Both the position numbers and the translations under genes were made by a program. The notes under the pieces were generated by a model. The model was not told where the DNA came from and did not search any database. It was given only the letters and a program-made list of their open reading frames with translations. DNA of 64,000 nucleotides from an uncultured cyanobacterium (GTDB taxonomy: Bacteria; Cyanobacteriota; Cyanobacteriia; Cyanobacteriales; Nostocaceae), in assembly GCA_963706595.1 (NCBI GenBank), contig OY970166.1, forward strand, positions 4,672,001-4,736,000. Direction: 5' to 3'. Shown here piece after piece: positions 60,800 through 64,000 of the stretch; within the stretch, counting starts at the first letter, position 1, and every line of letters starts with the position of its first letter.

Positions 60800-61043
60800 T
60801 TTGTTGTTAATTTACCCGTCGGGAAGCCGCCCAAAGGGCTTGTTTTGAGAAGTCGCTTACCCTCAAGGAAACCACGCTCTCTGGGTAGATTTTTTCGACC
60901 CAGGAGTACGAGACCACGCCTAATAAAGCAGTTGTGATGCTACCCTCATGATCAGGCTTTGCCCACGACTACGCGCGGACGAGGTGCCTAAACCAGTGGA
61001 AGCTGCCTCGCGTCTTGTGAGTGGCAAACTCTTCTTCTAGCCT
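60800..61043 (-). ncRNA. Candidate structured RNA or long 5' leader of rimO-crhR
   Basis: GC-rich multi-hairpin block in an AT-rich intergenic region, downstream of an extended -10 (TGTTAAGAT, minus strand 61058-61050). Confidence 0.35.
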
Positions 61044-61203
61044 AGTTTTATCTTAACATATCTTAGGGGAGGTTTTACGATAATTTCCATCCTAGGGAAG
61101 AGGTTGTAAGACAACCAAACTTAAAACACATTTGACTAGTTAGTTAAAAGTCAAGAGGAGCCAGCGCCATCAGCAGCTTCCCTGACTTGAGGTGACCAGA
61201 AGA

Positions 61204-61246
61204 GGCAGGGGAGCAGGGAGCAGGGAGCAGGGAGCAAGGAGCAAGG
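61204..61246. repeat. STRR (AGCAGGG)n within a degenerate repeat cluster
   Basis: Tandem heptamers; partly complementary CCCCTGC-type units at about 61395-61419. Confidence 0.8.
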
Positions 61247-61515
61247 TAGAAGGATTTTTAATTCCCCAGCCAACAGGGATACAAGCCCCTGCATTGATGT
61301 ATGCCAAACATCAAAATAGTTATTTCCAGACGCGCAAGTGCGAGAAATAATGCGTCCTTTTCCCAAGCCCCTGTATTTAGGCATAGGGTTCTCCCCCCTG
61401 CACCCCGCCCCCTGCCCCTTGTCCTCTTGCTTGACTGGCGTTCAATAGTCAATAGTCAAACACATTCTAGACTCTCGACTGATGGACACTAGACCCCGCA
61501 AAGCGGATGAAAGAC

Positions 61516-62368
61516 GTGGATTTATATCAGCTATTTAAAACTCGAACACCGATTATTGGCGTGGTTCGATCTACTTCCACTGCCCACCTCGCCCCGTTGG
61601 GGAGGTAATCTCAAAGCGGTAATTCACCGTGCCGAACAAGAAGCCGCAGCCTTAGCCAGTGGTGGGGTGGATGGCATTATTGTGGAAAACTTTTTTGATG
61701 CGCCGTTTGCCAAAAACCAAGTTGATCCAGCAGTTGTGAGTGCTATGACTGTGGTCGTCCAACGAATCCAAAATTTGGTGCCACTGCCCATAGGCTTAAA
61801 TGTTTTGCGGAACGATGGCAAAAGTGCAATGGCGATCGCCAGCTGCACACAAGCACAATTTATTCGGGTCAATGTATTGACAGGGGTGATGGCAACTGAC
61901 CAAGGATTAATTGAAGGAGAAGCTCATCAATTACTTCGTTATCGGCGAGAATTGGGCTGCGATGTCAAAATTATCGCTGATGTGCTGGTGAAGCACGCCC
62001 GTCCCTTGGGTTCTCCAAATCTCACAGTTGCTGTGAAAGACACAATTGAGCGAGGTTTAGCAGATGCCATAATTTTGTCTGGCTGGGCTACCGGTAGCCC
62101 TCCTAACCAAGAAGACCTGGAACTAGCTTGTGGTGCGGCAAATGGGACTCCAGTTTTCATTGGTAGTGGAGCCAATTGGGAAAATATTGGTACACTGATG
62201 CAGGCGGCAAATGGTGTAATTGTTTCCAGTTCTCTCAAGCGCCACGGTCGAATTGAGCAACCAATTGACCCAATTCGCGTCAGTCAATTTGTAGAAGCCG
62301 CCCATAGTCTTTGGAATTCTCCCGGTGAGATTCAGTCTATTTCTAGGCCTATGAAAATACATTCTTAG
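61516..62368 (+). CDS. btpA: Photosystem I biogenesis protein BtpA, apparent +1 frameshift at 61568
   Basis: GTG 61516 gives MDLYQLFKTRTPIIGVV, then C[G]AT-CTA-CTT-CCA. Deleting the G restores HLLPLPTSPRWGG in frame with the rest (ENFFDAPF, GLNVLRND, ADVLVKH). Confidence 0.88.
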
Positions 62369-62404
62369 GAGACGGTTGACGGTTGACTGGGGAAAGAATT
62401 TTCT

Positions 62405-62457
62405 TAATGACCAATGACCAATGACCAATGACCAATGACCAATGACCAATGACTAAT
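62405..62457. repeat. STRR (CCAATGA)n
   Basis: About 7 tandem heptamers. Confidence 0.9.
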
Positions 62458-62465
62458 AGCAGTTT

Positions 62466-63464
62466 ATGATTCGCCGCCGTTCTACTCCTTGGATTCACAA
62501 ATGGTCGCGTTTATTGATTGGGGCGATCGCTGGACTTGGTGCCTTGACTACAGGTTATATCGCCATAGAAAAGTTAACAGGAGGCAGTGCCGCCTGTGTG
62601 GCCGAAGCTGGTGCCAAAAGCTGTAATGATGTACTTTCCAGTCCTTGGGCAACCATACCAATTTTTGGCGGACAGCCCTTAGCTTTATTCGGGTTTCTGG
62701 CTTATGCCGGTATGCTGATTTTGGCTGTTGTGCCTTTAGCATGGAAACCGGATGCTAAAAATAGCCTGAAACAACTGGAAAACTTGACTTGGTGGTTGCT
62801 GCTGGTAGGCGCGATCGCAATGTCGGTTTTCAGTGGCTATTTAATGTACTTGCTGGCATTCCAAATCCAAGCCGTCTGTTATTACTGTATTGCTTCGGCT
62901 TTGTTCTCCGTCAGTCTTTTAGTTTTGACGATTATCGGTCGTTCTTGGGAGGATATAGGGCAAATCTTTTTTACCGCTATTATTGTGGGGATGGTAACGC
63001 TGATTGGTACTTTAGGTATCTATGCTGGCGTGAATTCATCAGGTGTGACATCAGATTCAACTTCTGGTGAATCTCAACGAATTAGCTTTACTCCCAAAGA
63101 ACAACCCAATCCGGCTTTTGGTTGGGAAATCACCACTACCTCTGGTGAGGCAGAAATTGAACTAGCGCGCCATCTAGCAACCGTAGATGCTAAGGAATAT
63201 GTTGCCTATTGGTGTCCTCACTGCCATGAACAAAAACTACTATTCGGCAAGGAAGCTTACCAAATTCTTCAAGAAAATCAGATTCCGGTAGAGTGTGCTG
63301 CTGATAGCCCTAAAGGTCAACCAGAAGTATGTAAGGCAGCGAACATCACAGGCTTCCCTAGTTGGATTATTAATGGTCAAATCTATAGTGGAGTTCAAAA
63401 CCTCGAACAACTGGGAAAGATTTCTGGTTATACAGGTGCCAGAAACTTTAAGTATTTCCGATAG
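62466..63464 (+). CDS. VKOR-thioredoxin fusion disulfide-bond formation protein
   Basis: SCNDVLSSPWA, VKOR CYYC, Trx WCPHC and GFPSWII. Confidence 0.92.
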   Translation: MIRRRSTPWIHKWSRLLIGAIAGLGALTTGYIAIEKLTGGSAACVAEAGAKSCNDVLSSPWATIPIFGGQPLALFGFLAYAGMLILAVVPLAWKPDAKNSLKQLENLTWWLLLVGAIAMSVFSGYLMYLLAFQIQAVCYYCIASALFSVSLLVLTIIGRSWEDIGQIFFTAIIVGMVTLIGTLGIYAGVNSSGVTSDSTSGESQRISFTPKEQPNPAFGWEITTTSGEAEIELARHLATVDAKEYVAYWCPHCHEQKLLFGKEAYQILQENQIPVECAADSPKGQPEVCKAANITGFPSWIINGQIYSGVQNLEQLGKISGYTGARNFKYFR

Positions 63465-63617
63465 TTAGTGGCAATAAGTCTTTTTTTTCATCAAAACTCG
63501 GATTAAATATAGTCAACTGGTTGAATGCGGCTACATTCTTTCCCAGTTGACTTTTTTTTGACTATAAATCCGAAAAAAAGATTTGTGAATTTGAAGCTAT
63601 TAAAAGTACGACGGTTT

Positions 63618-63702
63618 ATATAGCAACCGCCAAGGAGGTTAGGACATTGTTGATTGCTGAAAGCCTTGAGCTAACTTGGTTTCTACTCAGCACTTTGCTA
63701 TA
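63618..63702. mobile_element. MITE-like remnant with TATAGCA...TGCTATA ends
   Basis: Short terminal inverted repeats; a degenerate relative lies at about 36617-36697 (GGTTAG..GCT.AAAGCC..TACTCAGCA). Confidence 0.45.
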
Positions 63703-63724
63703 CATGAAGAAATATAAATTGTTC

Positions 63725-63822
63725 GTAGGGTGTGTTATGCCGTAGGCTAACGCACCTTGAATTGTTGACACAAAAAGCCGAAGTTTTGACGGTGCGTTGC
63801 GCTGTGCGACAACACCGACTAC
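63725..63822. repeat. Paired GTAG-type REP-like inverted repeats
   Basis: GTAGGGTGTGTTATGCCGTAGGCTAACGCACC ... GGTGCGTTGCGCTGTGCGACAACACCGACTAC. Confidence 0.55.
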
Positions 63823-64000
63823 ATTAAAAGTTCTTAATATAGCTTGAAATATTAGTGCCGACTTACTTGTATCTATACTTAACTTGTTCTCATAGGCAAC
63901 AAAGCTCTAGTAAAGCATGGCGTAAATTGAAATATTATTCCCAACAGTTCAGGAGTCACAAATTTAAACCCTAATCGCAGTTCTTAACTTTTAATTAACT

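Noticed and set aside
60800..61043. 6S RNA, RNase P RNA, tmRNA, SRP RNA or cobalamin riboswitch
   Set aside because: I could not find their signature sequences by eye, so the region is kept only as an unassigned structured candidate.
1318..63070. Many short ORF-track entries overlapping real genes or repeats (e.g. 1318..1533, 14606..14821, 33586..34158, 61151..61492, 62123..62449)
   Set aside because: They are antisense or off-frame shadows of well-supported genes, or translations of STRR/hairpin repeats, with no recognisable motifs.

Overview
A 64-kb chromosomal window from a filamentous heterocystous cyanobacterium (Nostocales-like). The assignment rests on dense HIP1 GCGATCGC sites, heptamer STRR arrays, small dispersed repeats and the genes petP, chlG, btpA and rimO-crhR. 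Left arm: Zn-type ABC uptake genes divergent from an SLH/OprB porin, a probable NsrR1-like sRNA, rqcH, spsB, a TnpA-less tnpB element carrying a divergent ribbon-helix-helix gene, an RRM protein, an M48 peptidase, prfC, metF and trpS. The most unusual region is a ~12.3-kb NRPS cluster (17487-29822). It has an oxalate-CoA-ligase-like loading enzyme fused to a carrier domain, then a C-A module whose A domain is split between core motifs A5 and A6 by a methyltransferase gene and an FMO gene. A decayed duplicate carrier gene and a final C-A(Pro)-PCP-TE protein complete it. Next come an RND efflux pair and a Wzm/Wzt surface-polysaccharide locus, whose 1529-aa methyltransferase/coiled-coil/tri-glycosyltransferase has a HIP1-anchored 42-bp repeat. 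The right arm is mostly conserved photosynthesis and housekeeping genes, plus a candidate structured RNA upstream of rimO-crhR. Several point lesions (NRPS TGA/TAG stops, an acyltransferase frameshift, a btpA frameshift) could be real or assembly errors. All calls come from reading motifs by eye; no searches were run.
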